Source: Candidatus Latescibacterota bacterium
GTDB taxonomy: Bacteria; Latescibacterota; UBA2968; UBA8231
DNA: 64,000 bases
Direction: 5' to 3'
Assembly: GCA_965223905.1 (NCBI GenBank)
Contig: CBDCXV010000001.1
Coordinates: forward strand, 1,184,001 to 1,248,000
In this document: in pieces, positions 19,667 through 29,811 of the stretch
Position numbering within the stretch: the stretch's first letter is position 1
Layout: each line of letters starts with the position of its first letter
Position numbers and translations under genes: made by a program
The notes under the pieces: model-generated
What the model saw: the letters and a program-made list of their open reading frames with translations, nothing else
The model's database searches: none
What the model was told of the DNA's origin: nothing

Positions 19667-22252
19667 TCAATACACCAGAGCGACTGTCTGGAGGGCGTGT
19701 TTCTTGTCGAGGCCGGCACCATCGGTGTCGGCCTCCAGGCCCAATCTCACTGCATACAGTCCCGGAGGCGCCAAGTGGCCAGAGTCATCCGTGCCGTCCC
19801 AGGCGATCCGATAGCGACCCGCACCAGTTTCGCGGCGCTGCGTCAAGCGGCGCACGAGCCGACCGCTCACATCGTAGATCTCCATCTCCACGGTCTGGTT
19901 CGCCCCGACCAGCACGAGGGTAAACTCCACCATGACCTCATCGTTGATACCGTCGCCGTTGGGAGAGGCGACTCGTGGCGAGATATTCAGTTCCCAAAAC
20001 AGCACCCTGCTCTCGGGCTGTGCGACCACGATGAACGTGCTGCTGGCGACCTCGCCGGTGGCGTCCCCCGGATCGACCCGCTGCCAGAATTCCGAGTCCG
20101 AGTTGCGCAGGGAAGCCTCCAGAACACCGCCGCTCGAATACAGCGTCGCGGGAAAATCCAGCCGCAGGACCTCTATTCCTGATTCCACGGGAGGGAATTT
20201 CACATGCAGACTGTCTCCATAGCCCAACACCTCGAGGCCCGGGCTCTCATCCAGCTCTGTGGCCGGCCCGGAAAACAGGCGTATGTGCTTCTGCACATCA
20301 TCTCCCTCGCCCAGTACCATGCCAGATGGCGGCCGCACCAACAGCTCGTCGAATTGCCGCTCCAGCGTGTCCACCTTCACATACAGCGAAAAGGAGCGCT
20401 CGACGCCCATCGCCTCCACCAGCGTCGGCGTGACTTCGCCCAGTAGTCGCCGCGCGAAGGGATCGGAAAAGCGCAACCGGACCGACCGGAGAGTGGCGGC
20501 AGTATGAGCGTCGTCGGAGAGCAACGTCGCCCGGACCTTGACGATTTTCCGCGGCGACGGCGAGGTGATCTTGCTCCCGGAGGGGTCCTCGTAACGCCCG
20601 CTCAGAGGCGACCAATCCGGTCCCTCTTCGTGAAGGAGTATCTTCTCGCCCCGGATGCTCTTGTAAGCCCTGCTGTAGTACTTTTTCGCCCCCGCGTCTC
20701 CCTTCCCGAGCAACTGCCCTTCAGTCGTGTAGTAGAGCGTATCTGTGATCACGGTGTTTCCCGTCTTCGTCTGCAGCACCACCTGCGTCCCGGGCGGTGT
20801 GTCCGCCTCCCACGATATCTCGGTGAGATTCTTGCTTCTCCGCATCTCGATGTTGTCCGACTCCAGCCACACCTCCGGCTGGAAGCCCGAACCGAACAGC
20901 TGCATTTCCGCCAGATAGGCGTTGGCCCACCCCTCCCACAGGAGCCGGAAGAAGCGCGCCTTGACCGGATCGAAATCGTGCCGATCGATAAGCATGGTGC
21001 TCGCCGGGCGGTAGCCGGAATACTCCCGCTCGATGCGCGTCGCCACCGTCCATACGAGGCTACCGTCAGCATGCCGTTGACCGTCTGAGAAATTCAGCTC
21101 GTAATTGGAGAAACCGCGAGCCGAACCGCTCCCCCGAAAATTCGTGGCCATTCGCTGGCTGTCGACCCAGTAGGATGAACCCAGATCGACCACAAGGTCG
21201 TCCTGACCCGTGGTATTCTTCAAAATGATGCTCGTGACCAGATCATGGTCGAGGAAGGCTCCGGGCTCGATCTCTTGCCGCGTCACGATCGTCCCACCGC
21301 GGAACAGCGTCCCGCCGAGGATCTCGTCGCCACCCCCCCAGACTTCAAGCTCCGCCAGCCGGGGCCGCTCACGGCGGAAGTAGCGGATGCTGCCCCGTCT
21401 CTCGGGCTCCAGCTTCCAGTAGACTTTCTCGGGTACTGCCGACTCCCTCGTGTCGCTGAGGCGCGTGGAATATTCCACCAGCCCCTTTTCCCCGGCATCG
21501 AGGCCGTCGTAATCCAGTTTACTCACCTCGGCGCCGCGGTCCAGATTACTGCCCCGGACGACGACCTGCACGAACCTGACGAGACTCTCTCTCGCTTCCT
21601 GGCCGGCGTTGGACAGATCCACTTCGAAGTGCCGCCGGGTCCTGTTGGGCTCGATCGTCTGTATCACCGACAGGTACTCGATGGCATTGCCGCCGAGCGC
21701 GGAGATCGGCTTCTGGCCGTCCGAGGTGAGGACGTCAAACAGGAGAAAGGGATCACCCTGCCCGGGACCGACGAAACGCACGACGAGCCGGTTGGCGAAG
21801 ACGACCCGTCCCAGATCCACCGTGAACCACCACTCGTCGGCCAGATTGATTTGGGCTGACGACGGGGGGTCGGGCTCCCAGTAGGTGCTCATGTCGCCGT
21901 CGAAGACATTGACTACATCCTCACGGTTCGAGCCGGCCTGCACGGCGTCGAGCAGCTCGATCTCCTCCGTCGGCTTGTTCCTCAGGTGCTTTGGTGGCCG
22001 TTGGCGCAAGGCTTCTACGATTTCGAGGGCGGCGTTCGTGTGCCTGCGCAGGCGCCGCGGACGAACGCCGTCCGCGGAGACCTCGACGGTCGCGGCGGCC
22101 GATACCCAGTTCTCGAAGTGACGGCTCCCCTCGATTACCACTTGGTTCGCCCTGATCGAGTGACCCCTCTGGGCCCAGGCGTCGGTGACGGGGAACAAGA
22201 GAAGCGAAGCAACCAGCAGGCGATAGGCGATGTCGCGTAGCGATTCGGGCAC
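19667..22252 (-). CDS. Secreted discoidin-like multidomain protein with FlgD/T9SS-like C-terminal domain
   Basis: Signal peptide (...DAWA|Q); 'FDGDMSTYW', 'FTVDLG', 'LAELEVWG'; CTD 'SPNGDGIND...IYDVSGRLVRRL...WDGTDDSG...PPGLY...VALVY'. Confidence 0.85.
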   Translation of the reverse strand: MPESLRDIAYRLLVASLLLFPVTDAWAQRGHSIRANQVVIEGSRHFENWVSAAATVEVSADGVRPRRLRRHTNAALEIVEALRQRPPKHLRNKPTEEIELLDAVQAGSNREDVVNVFDGDMSTYWEPDPPSSAQINLADEWWFTVDLGRVVFANRLVVRFVGPGQGDPFLLFDVLTSDGQKPISALGGNAIEYLSVIQTIEPNRTRRHFEVDLSNAGQEARESLVRFVQVVVRGSNLDRGAEVSKLDYDGLDAGEKGLVEYSTRLSDTRESAVPEKVYWKLEPERRGSIRYFRRERPRLAELEVWGGGDEILGGTLFRGGTIVTRQEIEPGAFLDHDLVTSIILKNTTGQDDLVVDLGSSYWVDSQRMATNFRGSGSARGFSNYELNFSDGQRHADGSLVWTVATRIEREYSGYRPASTMLIDRHDFDPVKARFFRLLWEGWANAYLAEMQLFGSGFQPEVWLESDNIEMRRSKNLTEISWEADTPPGTQVVLQTKTGNTVITDTLYYTTEGQLLGKGDAGAKKYYSRAYKSIRGEKILLHEEGPDWSPLSGRYEDPSGSKITSPSPRKIVKVRATLLSDDAHTAATLRSVRLRFSDPFARRLLGEVTPTLVEAMGVERSFSLYVKVDTLERQFDELLVRPPSGMVLGEGDDVQKHIRLFSGPATELDESPGLEVLGYGDSLHVKFPPVESGIEVLRLDFPATLYSSGGVLEASLRNSDSEFWQRVDPGDATGEVASSTFIVVAQPESRVLFWELNISPRVASPNGDGINDEVMVEFTLVLVGANQTVEMEIYDVSGRLVRRLTQRRETGAGRYRIAWDGTDDSGHLAPPGLYAVRLGLEADTDGAGLDKKHALQTVALVY

Positions 22253-22262
22253 GGTTATGCCT

Positions 22263-23879
22263 TTACAAGTTCTCCTCGAAGACCTCGACGCCGTATTTCT
22301 GGCGCAATCCTCTGATGAACTTGACGTATTTCAAGCCTGATCTGTGGAGGGTGACATAGGCCTTTGCACGCCGCTGCGAGTACGCGTTGAACGGCTTCGT
22401 CGTGGAAGGGCGCCGCTCCTGGACCACGAGTATGGTGAAGCCCTCCTTCCCTCTGATCGGGCCGGCTACTTCCCCGATTCCCAAATCCTTGACGATATCC
22501 CACCAGCCGGGATACAGGGCCTCTTCATACCTGGTCAACTCGACTCTCCCGCCGTGGTGTTCCGCCCCCTCGCGGATGGTGTGCAGGGACGCGAGCTCGA
22601 CTGGATCGGCGCCCGCGTCGATCTGCCGGCACAGCTCCTCCGCCCGTTGTCTGGTCCCGACCAGGATCTCGGTGACGACGATGGTTTCGATCGTCTGAAA
22701 CTTCTCGGGATGCCGCTCGTAGAAAGTGCGCGCTTCCTCGAAGGTGACCTCGGGAATGAGGTCATCCACGCCTCGTTTACGCAGGCGGCTCACGAGCTGG
22801 TCCTCTCTCTCGTCGTTCACCGCCGATTCGATCACCGGGTCGTCGTCGAAGCCGAGGCGACGGCCTTCTTCGAGAAACAGCCGCAAGGGTAGAACGGCCT
22901 TCACGAGGGAGTCCACTCGGTCTGCATTGGTGAAGTCCGCTCTAGGTAACAGGGTGCGCAGATTTCCGAATGTCACGTTTCCTCCCGCGAAAGTGCACAG
23001 GACCTGATCGTCGAACCGGGAGCTGTCCGCGACGTCCCCGGCAAACGCTTGCGACAGCCGTGCGATAGTCGAGTCGATAGTCTGAGGTGCGTAGGCCTCG
23101 AGCAGAGAGTCCACGACGACCAGGGTCCGCTCCTTCTTTTTTCGCTGCAGGACCTCCCCTCTGACGAGGTCTTCCGCCTGCGCCAGCGGCACCGGTATTT
23201 CGTCCAGAATCTTGATCACCATCCACTTGCCTTGGAACGGCAGGGGCTCCGACAGTTCACCGACTGCCAGCTTGAAAATATGGTGTTTCAGAACCCAAGA
23301 GGTTTTGTCCACGAGGAGATAGACGCCGCTGTCTCCCCCCTGGTCCCGGGTCTCGTGTTCCGACCGCTCTCTGGCGAGCTGGGCGAAACTGGCCCCCGCT
23401 TCCAGCTCCTCCAACACATGCTCCGCCTCCTTCCACGTCGGCACGAGAATGCTGGCCACCCTGAGGGCTCGATCTCTCTCCGTGGCGTGGAAATGCTCGA
23501 TAAGCTCGTCCTCGGAGACGCTGACCTTCCGGTGGATCTCCAGGCTGGAGTAGCGCCTGGCGATCTGCGTCTCGCGGAACCGCGCCAGCCTTTTTCTGAA
23601 GCCGGGTTCCCTGTCGATGCCCAAACTCATCGCCTCCGCGAGCAGGACTGTCTTGTCGACCAAGCTGCGCAACAGAGCGCTATCGGTCTGGGCGTTCTCC
23701 GGCGTCATACGGACAAACTGCGCCTTGAACTGTTCGAAATCGGCTCTCGTGATGGCGCGGCCGTCGACCGTTGCCAGCACGGCGGCAGGCGGTGCGGCCT
23801 TCACCTGCTCAGACGGAAATCCCGACAGAGCCAGCGCCACAGCGACGCTGCAAAGGTGCGGTGCGGATCTGATCATCAT
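22263..23879 (-). CDS. Parvulin-type peptidyl-prolyl isomerase, SurA/PpiD-like, two PpiC domains
   Basis: 'VLATVDGRAIT', 'GASFAQLARERS...GGDSG', 'VGELSEP'; second domain 'GEVAGPI'. Confidence 0.85.
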   Translation of the reverse strand: MMIRSAPHLCSVAVALALSGFPSEQVKAAPPAAVLATVDGRAITRADFEQFKAQFVRMTPENAQTDSALLRSLVDKTVLLAEAMSLGIDREPGFRKRLARFRETQIARRYSSLEIHRKVSVSEDELIEHFHATERDRALRVASILVPTWKEAEHVLEELEAGASFAQLARERSEHETRDQGGDSGVYLLVDKTSWVLKHHIFKLAVGELSEPLPFQGKWMVIKILDEIPVPLAQAEDLVRGEVLQRKKKERTLVVVDSLLEAYAPQTIDSTIARLSQAFAGDVADSSRFDDQVLCTFAGGNVTFGNLRTLLPRADFTNADRVDSLVKAVLPLRLFLEEGRRLGFDDDPVIESAVNDEREDQLVSRLRKRGVDDLIPEVTFEEARTFYERHPEKFQTIETIVVTEILVGTRQRAEELCRQIDAGADPVELASLHTIREGAEHHGGRVELTRYEEALYPGWWDIVKDLGIGEVAGPIRGKEGFTILVVQERRPSTTKPFNAYSQRRAKAYVTLHRSGLKYVKFIRGLRQKYGVEVFEENL

Positions 23880-23993
23880 GGCTGATCGATTGTCCTCAAG
23901 CAAAGCGAACCGCCCACGAACACGCCAGTGCCCTCAACTGCAATCCTCGTATTCTCGACGCCGAAGTTTCAAAGATTTCTATTGCATGGCGCA

Positions 23994-26954
23994 CTAACGC
24001 AGTCCGGCGAAGACAGTCATGTACCCCAGCCCCGCCGTGGACGACTCAGAATCGTCGCCGATGACCTCCAGGGAGCGCTGGTCGATGCGGAGGCCGACCT
24101 GGGTCGTCAGTGCATATCCGCGGTAGTCGCTCACGTTTGTGAGCTGGATAGCCGCGGCGGTGCCGCGAAAATCTCCGGATGTGTCACCCGCCAGATCGCC
24201 CTCACCCCGCAGGTTGTAGAAGAATCGCTGCTCGAGGCCCGCTTTAATGCGAGTTCTCCTGAGGATGGGAAATTCGAAGAGGAAGAAGCCAATACCATCC
24301 CACGAGCGCTGCTTCTCCTTCGTCAGGGCGAACGGGACTTGGCGGAGGAACTCGCTCTTGAACCTGGGCGAAATCGTGAAGTTACCCAATCGGTGGGTGT
24401 ATTCGATTTTGTTGATAAGGCCGAGAAAGCCGGAATTCTCGCGACCGTAGCGTCCTTCGATGCCGAAGGGATCGAATACGGACAGAGTGTCGCCGGCCTC
24501 GTCCACCGTCACCTGTACGTCCGCATCCCGCTGCTGCCAAGTCTCCCACTTGAAGCGGTGTAAGGTCTTCCAGTTCAGCGAGGATTGGTACTGCCAGTCG
24601 GTGTAAAAGGTATTGATCCACGTATCCTCCGCCGCCAGGGGGTCTCCGATCTGCTCCATCTGCCCCGATGAACCCGTGGGCCGCCCCTCCTCAACGGGCT
24701 GCATCACCCACTGGATCAGGTCGTCGGCGATGGTATCCTTCGCGCTCCTGAGCATGTCGAACACGCGCAGCCGTCCCGCCGACGACCAGTCGCGCTCGTA
24801 GGTGAACATGCCGTAAGTCGTGTGGTTCCGGCGCCGGGATTTCCCCTCATCCTGCTGCAGTTGCCCGAGGGTGAGCTTGCTGCCGGGGGTGAACTCGGCG
24901 CTGCCGTACAGATTGTAGCCGAAATGGTCCCTCCTGTACGGGTAGTCCGGTTCGTCATCATTTTCGAAGCGCTCGACCCAGCCGTTGTTGTTCAGGTCGA
25001 TGCCGAACAGGAACTCCGGCCGGTCGGAGCTGTAACGCAGGAATGGCTCGTCGTAATCCGGGAAGAAGTTAGGGCGCTCCGGAGTGCTGTTCTGGTTGAA
25101 GTCGGAGATGAAATCGAGATTCTCGTCGTAGCCGGGAAAGAGATCCGGGTCCGGTACTCCCCTGCCTTCTATCGAATCGAATCCGCGTCGCGGCACGAAG
25201 GATCCCTCGCGGACGCGGTGCCAATCCGGCTGACGGTCATTGTCGTCGTTGTCATCGACCCACTCGTAGAGTAGCCTCGTGGCGTCGGGCGAGTAGTCGG
25301 GCAGCCCGCTACCGTCCAGGGGCAGTACGCTCGTGGTGTATTCGTCGTCCATGCCGAAGCCCTCGGCGAACAGCGAAAACGGGCCAACCCCCTGCCATGA
25401 CAGATTCACCATCCAGCCTAGGGCGTTCCTGTCGCCCTGGATCCCGGAGATGGCGCGGTGCTGATCGCGGCCCAGTCCCGGGTACTTGCGGTACTGGGTG
25501 TTGACGTTGATCTCACCGTAGACGTCGATGCCGTGGTAGCCCCGAATCTCGGCAGTGAGACCCATGATGGTGGCGGCGGTGGGGAGGCCGTAGTCGAAGA
25601 CGACTTCGCGCTGGTTGAGGCCACTCTCGATGTTCCCCTCGGCCCGTGCGACGGGCCTGAACTGAGGTACGCCGAATTTATCCGTCTGTCGGTCCGAGGT
25701 GACCTCTACCCGGTAGTCGTTGGCCAGGATGAGCCTGACCCGCAGGTTCTTTATCGCCGACAGGGCCTCCTGTGCGTCCTCGCGGTTCAAGCCGACCTGC
25801 GTCTGAAGAAGAGAGCGCAGTGTCAAGCGCTCGACAGACGCCCGCTGCTCGTCGTCAGTCACCGTGGGCGGCACGTCGAGCAGGTAACTCAAGACGATGG
25901 CGTCCGGGCCGTCCGCGGTGCGAAGCCCATCCACGAATTTGCCCCCGCCGACTCCCACCTCCCCGGTGAGGAACTGCAGTCCCGCAATAGAGCCGAAGCC
26001 GATGCCGCTGCCCACGATGACGGTGTCTCGCGGCACCATGGCGACCGTGTCGCCGAACACCTCCTGCCGCACGAGTGTCGTCGTGATCTCGATTTCGTCG
26101 CGCACGAGGACGGCGCCGCCTTTGCCGTCTTCGGGGGAGTCATCCGACAGCCGCACGACGAGCGTCGTGATACCCTTGGAGAGCTGCTCGGGCGCGAGGT
26201 ACCCCTTGAGCGGATTCCCCTGCCCGGCGTTGAAGGCGCCATTGTTGTTGTGGCTGTTGACCAGATTGAACCCGAGGGTGAGGGCGTCGGTGACGTCCAC
26301 TTCCAACCTGCCGCCCACCAGATTCGTCATGTTCTGGGTGCTCGTGTCCCCGGTGCCGAGAAAGGGGTCACTGATCCGGGAGAACAAAGCGGTCGTTCGG
26401 TACGGACCGGCTTCGAGGCTGGCGACGACCCCATTGAAGCCGGCCTTGCGGAAGATCATGGGGGTGAGCAGAGCCGACACCTCGTCACCGACGAGGACGG
26501 AGACGGCGTACTCGCCCTTGCGGTCAGAGCTGATGAGCAGGCGGTCGAACCATTTGTCATAGCGGCCACCCGCCTGAACGATCTGCGAGCTCCCAGAGAC
26601 TTGCGGCTGGCTCTGGCGCCAGTCGTAAACCAGCCATCCCTTGGTGGTGAGGTTTCCGTACACGTCGTAGAAGTAGTCACCTTCCAATGACCTGTCGATG
26701 TAGCGCTGGTATCGCTCGCGGGCGAGATTCGTGTACTCCCACTGGCTGCGCCCGAGTTCGGCGAACATCGTCGGGGGCACGTACCAGCGGTGCACGGTCG
26801 GGTCGAGCGCATTCGTGTAGATGGGAACGCCGGAGCTGCTGTAGACCATGTCCTCGCCCGGGCGGGTTCCCAGGTGATTGCCGTAATCCTGAGCCGTTAC
26901 AGACGTGCTCGCGAGGGCGAGGCAGGCCAGTGCGACGGCGAGTCGGGAAAACAT
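23994..26954 (-). CDS. Large exported protein, putative outer-membrane beta-barrel (paralogue 3)
   Basis: Signal peptide; shared N-terminal block LDPTVHRWY...EGDYFYD...GWLVYDWRQ; acidic loops DDNDDND, DENLDFISD, DLNNNGW; amphipathic C-terminal strands ending YMTVFAGLR. Confidence 0.8.
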   Translation of the reverse strand: MFSRLAVALACLALASTSVTAQDYGNHLGTRPGEDMVYSSSGVPIYTNALDPTVHRWYVPPTMFAELGRSQWEYTNLARERYQRYIDRSLEGDYFYDVYGNLTTKGWLVYDWRQSQPQVSGSSQIVQAGGRYDKWFDRLLISSDRKGEYAVSVLVGDEVSALLTPMIFRKAGFNGVVASLEAGPYRTTALFSRISDPFLGTGDTSTQNMTNLVGGRLEVDVTDALTLGFNLVNSHNNNGAFNAGQGNPLKGYLAPEQLSKGITTLVVRLSDDSPEDGKGGAVLVRDEIEITTTLVRQEVFGDTVAMVPRDTVIVGSGIGFGSIAGLQFLTGEVGVGGGKFVDGLRTADGPDAIVLSYLLDVPPTVTDDEQRASVERLTLRSLLQTQVGLNREDAQEALSAIKNLRVRLILANDYRVEVTSDRQTDKFGVPQFRPVARAEGNIESGLNQREVVFDYGLPTAATIMGLTAEIRGYHGIDVYGEINVNTQYRKYPGLGRDQHRAISGIQGDRNALGWMVNLSWQGVGPFSLFAEGFGMDDEYTTSVLPLDGSGLPDYSPDATRLLYEWVDDNDDNDRQPDWHRVREGSFVPRRGFDSIEGRGVPDPDLFPGYDENLDFISDFNQNSTPERPNFFPDYDEPFLRYSSDRPEFLFGIDLNNNGWVERFENDDEPDYPYRRDHFGYNLYGSAEFTPGSKLTLGQLQQDEGKSRRRNHTTYGMFTYERDWSSAGRLRVFDMLRSAKDTIADDLIQWVMQPVEEGRPTGSSGQMEQIGDPLAAEDTWINTFYTDWQYQSSLNWKTLHRFKWETWQQRDADVQVTVDEAGDTLSVFDPFGIEGRYGRENSGFLGLINKIEYTHRLGNFTISPRFKSEFLRQVPFALTKEKQRSWDGIGFFLFEFPILRRTRIKAGLEQRFFYNLRGEGDLAGDTSGDFRGTAAAIQLTNVSDYRGYALTTQVGLRIDQRSLEVIGDDSESSTAGLGYMTVFAGLR

Positions 26955-29798
26955 TCAATTCACTCCGGCGAAGACGGTGATGAAGCTGGTGGTCTCTGTC
27001 CTGCCTGCACTCACCTTCTCGACCTGTCCGGGAACTCCTTCCCGTGCTTGAACCTGCTCCACCGAGACCCGCGCCAGCCGCAGGCCGATGTGTGTCGTCA
27101 AGCGGTAGCCCAGATACGACGAGCGGTTGGCCACCTGGACGGCCACGTTGACGGAGCGTTCATCCCCGGTCGGGCCGACCCTGCCCGTCTCTACCAGCTG
27201 GTCTTCGTCCATCACCCTGTCGGCGAACTGGGCCAGCTCGATGCCCGCCGTCAGCGAGCTTTGGGTGAGGACCGGGACCTGGGCCAGGAGCATGGCCAAA
27301 CCAGTCCACTGCTTCTGCTCGCCCTCTTCTTTCACGAACGCATCCTGCCGCAGATACTCGCTCTTCAGACGCGGCCACAGCGTCAGGGACCCGAGGTTTA
27401 TGTCGTATTCGAGCTTGTTGATCAACCCGAACAGACTCGGCGCCCTTGCCATCTTGCGACCCGTCAGATCCCGGGGATCGTCCTGCGTCTGGTTGAAATA
27501 CTCGTACTTCAGCGTCCCCTCGACCTTCAGCTTCTCGATCGCCGTGTAGCTGAGCCCCAGCCACGCGGTGTTGATCCAAGTGTCCTGAGCCCGTAGAAAG
27601 TCCTTCACAATGGGTTGGGCCGGTGCACGGAGAAAAGGCGACAGCTGCCGACGATCATCAGGGATCGAATCCGAGGCCCGCCGAACCATGTCGAAAACGC
27701 GCACCCGACCTCGCCCCCCATAGGTCTTGTCGAAGGTGAACAGCCCGTAGGTGGTGGTGTTGTCCTGGTCGTCCGACTGCATGTGCTCGTCCGTGCGTCC
27801 CACCATCAACCGCATCTCCGGTGTCAGGTGCATCCCGAGGAAGGCGTTGTACCCTTCGCGGTCAGCCTTGTAGGGATAGTCAGGCAGATCGTCGTCTTCG
27901 AAACGGTCGATCCAGCCGTTGTTGTTCAGGTCGATTCCGAATAGAAGCTCGGGCCGCTCCACATCGTAGCGCAGAAACGGCTCCTCGTAGTCAGGCAGCT
28001 CGTTGGACACCAACCCGTTGTCGTTCTGGTTGAAATCGGAGATGCCATCGTTGTTCTCATCCCAGCCGGGGAATACGTTTCGATCTATCACACCCGAACC
28101 CGGGCGCACCCAGTCCGCCACCGCGTCCTGATCGTCGTTGTCGTCCACGAACTCGAAGACCCGAAGGGTGGGTCGGTCGTACTGCGTATTCCCGCCTCCA
28201 TCCACGACGAAGGCGCTGCTGGCGTAGTCCTCGTCGATACCGTAGGCCTCGCCGTAGGCGAAGAATGGAAACTGCTGCTTGGAGAGTGTAACGTAGCGCG
28301 CATCGGCCTCCCGCCGGGAAATCTCGTGGCCCTCGTTCGCGTCGAAGAGGGTCGCATTGGGATACTGGAAGTAGCGGAAACTGCGGTCCCACTCCCCGTA
28401 GAAATCGATTCCCCAGATGTCCGTTCCCGCGATCGTAAAACCGGCCACCACGGTGGCGGTAGGCAGTCCGTAATCGAACTTCACCCGCTGGATGTTCGAG
28501 ATGTTCGTGACGTTGTCGGCAGCGCGGCGCACGACCAGGAGGGCAGGCTTTTCCGCGTCGATGAGGTCGCCGGTGAGCGGCGGCGACGGAACCCTGCTCT
28601 GGCCGGTCTGCCGGTTCGACCACAACTCGATCTTGAAATCGTTCGCCAGGACATAGTCGAACTCGACCTCGACGATGTTGGTGGCATCGAGTTCGGTGCC
28701 GTCATCTCGCACGAGCTGGAAGGCGGGATCGGTGAAGTCGTAGTTGAGGACGATGCGCTCGTCGCCGTCTGCGGCGATGAACCCGGTACGCACGAAGCCG
28801 CCGAACACGGCGGGCCACTCCGTCCCCGACCGCACCACCTGGTCCAGGGTCCACACCTGTTGGGTGTCCGTCTCGAAATCCTGCGTCGTGATGCGGATGT
28901 CGTGACTGAACAGGGCCGCACCACCCGCGCCGTCATCGGGCGAATCGTCGCTGAGAATGACGGCGATGGCCGTTACCGGAGCGCTGCCCTGACCGGCCGT
29001 CAGGTTGCCAGCCAGAAAGTTGCCGCTGAACAGATCGAGGGCGGTGTAGGAGTTGCGGCCGTCGACGAAGGTGCCGCCCAGGGTGATCCGATCGCTCACG
29101 TCGACCTCGGCTCGAACGCCGACAAGGCTGGTGGAATTCGTCGTCCGCCGCGGCTGTGGAACGGCCAGCCTGAGGGGATCGCTGATGCGCGAGGCGAGCA
29201 CGGTGAAGGCGTACCTGTCGGAAACGAGGTCCGCCTGGATGCCGTTGAAGGCGGGCTTCGAAAACGTCATCGGCGTCAGCGTCGTGCGAATCTGATTACC
29301 TACAGTGATGGCGTAGGCATCGTCCCCTTTCCGGTCGCTGCTGACGGTGACCTTGCTGAACCACTGAGTAAATTGGTTACTCTTGAACAAGGCGCTGCCG
29401 TCCTGCGTCGGCTGTGACTGCCGCCAGTCGTAGACGAGCCAGCCCCGGCTGAGGTAATCGCCGAAGAAATCGTAGAAGTAGTCCCCCTCGCGAACCGTGC
29501 TGACGTAGCGCTGGTATCGATTGCGGGCGTAGTTGGAGTATTCCCTCTGGTTCCACTGGTACTCGACGAACAGCTCCTGCGGTACATACCAGCGCTGCAC
29601 CGTCGGGTCGAGCGCGCCGAAGAGCACTCCGGAGCCACGGGGATCGAAGCTCACTTTGCGGCCGCGCTGCGCGTCGCGAGCGCCGTACGACTGGGCCCCG
29701 GGTCCATCGACCGCGGACAACACGACGACCAAAAGGCACGCGAGAATCCTGTGAACATCCCTCGATGGTCTGTGTCTGTCTGCGGCGGCCGACGGCAT
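26955..29798 (-). CDS. Large exported protein, putative outer-membrane beta-barrel (paralogue 2)
   Basis: Same conserved blocks as paralogues 1 and 3; ends FITVFAGVN. Confidence 0.8.
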   Translation of the reverse strand: MPSAAADRHRPSRDVHRILACLLVVVLSAVDGPGAQSYGARDAQRGRKVSFDPRGSGVLFGALDPTVQRWYVPQELFVEYQWNQREYSNYARNRYQRYVSTVREGDYFYDFFGDYLSRGWLVYDWRQSQPTQDGSALFKSNQFTQWFSKVTVSSDRKGDDAYAITVGNQIRTTLTPMTFSKPAFNGIQADLVSDRYAFTVLASRISDPLRLAVPQPRRTTNSTSLVGVRAEVDVSDRITLGGTFVDGRNSYTALDLFSGNFLAGNLTAGQGSAPVTAIAVILSDDSPDDGAGGAALFSHDIRITTQDFETDTQQVWTLDQVVRSGTEWPAVFGGFVRTGFIAADGDERIVLNYDFTDPAFQLVRDDGTELDATNIVEVEFDYVLANDFKIELWSNRQTGQSRVPSPPLTGDLIDAEKPALLVVRRAADNVTNISNIQRVKFDYGLPTATVVAGFTIAGTDIWGIDFYGEWDRSFRYFQYPNATLFDANEGHEISRREADARYVTLSKQQFPFFAYGEAYGIDEDYASSAFVVDGGGNTQYDRPTLRVFEFVDDNDDQDAVADWVRPGSGVIDRNVFPGWDENNDGISDFNQNDNGLVSNELPDYEEPFLRYDVERPELLFGIDLNNNGWIDRFEDDDLPDYPYKADREGYNAFLGMHLTPEMRLMVGRTDEHMQSDDQDNTTTYGLFTFDKTYGGRGRVRVFDMVRRASDSIPDDRRQLSPFLRAPAQPIVKDFLRAQDTWINTAWLGLSYTAIEKLKVEGTLKYEYFNQTQDDPRDLTGRKMARAPSLFGLINKLEYDINLGSLTLWPRLKSEYLRQDAFVKEEGEQKQWTGLAMLLAQVPVLTQSSLTAGIELAQFADRVMDEDQLVETGRVGPTGDERSVNVAVQVANRSSYLGYRLTTHIGLRLARVSVEQVQAREGVPGQVEKVSAGRTETTSFITVFAGVN

Positions 29799-29811
29799 AA
29801 CGAGCGTCCCC

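Noticed and set aside
19667-22252. Flagellar hook-capping gene flgD
   Set aside because: Only the C-terminal FlgD-like Ig domain is present, on large secreted proteins, with no flagellar context.
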